This document shows positions 63,691 through 64,000 of a stretch of DNA of 64,000 bases, in pieces. Under the pieces are notes generated by a model. The model searched no databases. It saw only the letters and a list, made by a program, of their open reading frames with translations, and was not told the DNA's origin. The stretch comes from Stegostoma tigrinum. Its lineage: Eukaryota. Numbering within the stretch: the stretch's first letter is position 1; every line of letters starts with the position of its first letter. Where the stretch lies: positions 7,112,658 to 7,176,657 of the forward strand of contig NC_081394.1 of the NCBI RefSeq assembly GCF_030684315.1, written 5' to 3'. The position numbers and the translations under genes were made by a program.

Positions 63691-64000
63691 CACAGGTGGG
63701 GGCAGAAACTGTCCCTCCTCCTCCTCCTCCACCCACATGGCAGGGCCCTCTGGCTTGAAGCTTTCCCCCAGGTCAAAAAGAGTAAGGTTTATGGTGTTCC
63801 ACAGTTTGCTACAGAAGTGGTGGCAACTGATGACATGGTTAATGTTCAGGTTGATGTCCCAGCCTTGAGACATGTAGGAACTGGGTTTAGGAAGTTAATA
63901 CAGACAGCTCTCCCTCTCTGCTGCGGCTGCAGAAGAAAAAAATAAAATGTTTAAATTCTCTCTCTGCTTCTAGCTTTTTTTGGTGTTTGTTTTCCTGGAA

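Overview
Eukaryotic, repeat-rich vertebrate DNA. The HE1-type tRNA SINEs, CR1-type LINE tails and Penelope families point to a cartilaginous fish, probably a shark (inference). It is not prokaryotic, and most ORFs in the track are spurious. Left half (~2.7-31.5 kb): a head-to-tail tandem duplication of about 14.3 kb. Each copy carries an intact two-exon, 330-aa class A GPCR of the GPR139/GPR142-like type. Right half: a TSD-flanked, head-to-head Penelope-like retroelement (33.0-35.2 kb) and a multi-exon Siglec/CD22/MAG-like Ig-superfamily pseudogene on the minus strand (~37.4-48.8 kb), plus a relic of a second paralog (~58-59.6 kb). The most unusual signals are: (1) many short Penelope-derived hairpin or single-arm insertions that start or fold back at a hammerhead-ribozyme-like core; (2) a near-perfect 391-bp inverted duplication of unique sequence covering the TM-exon splice donor; (3) a 40-bp CCAAT-box minisatellite that differs in copy number between the duplicates; (4) a 5S rRNA copy abutting a tRNA SINE. 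There are two N gaps. All alignments were done by eye.
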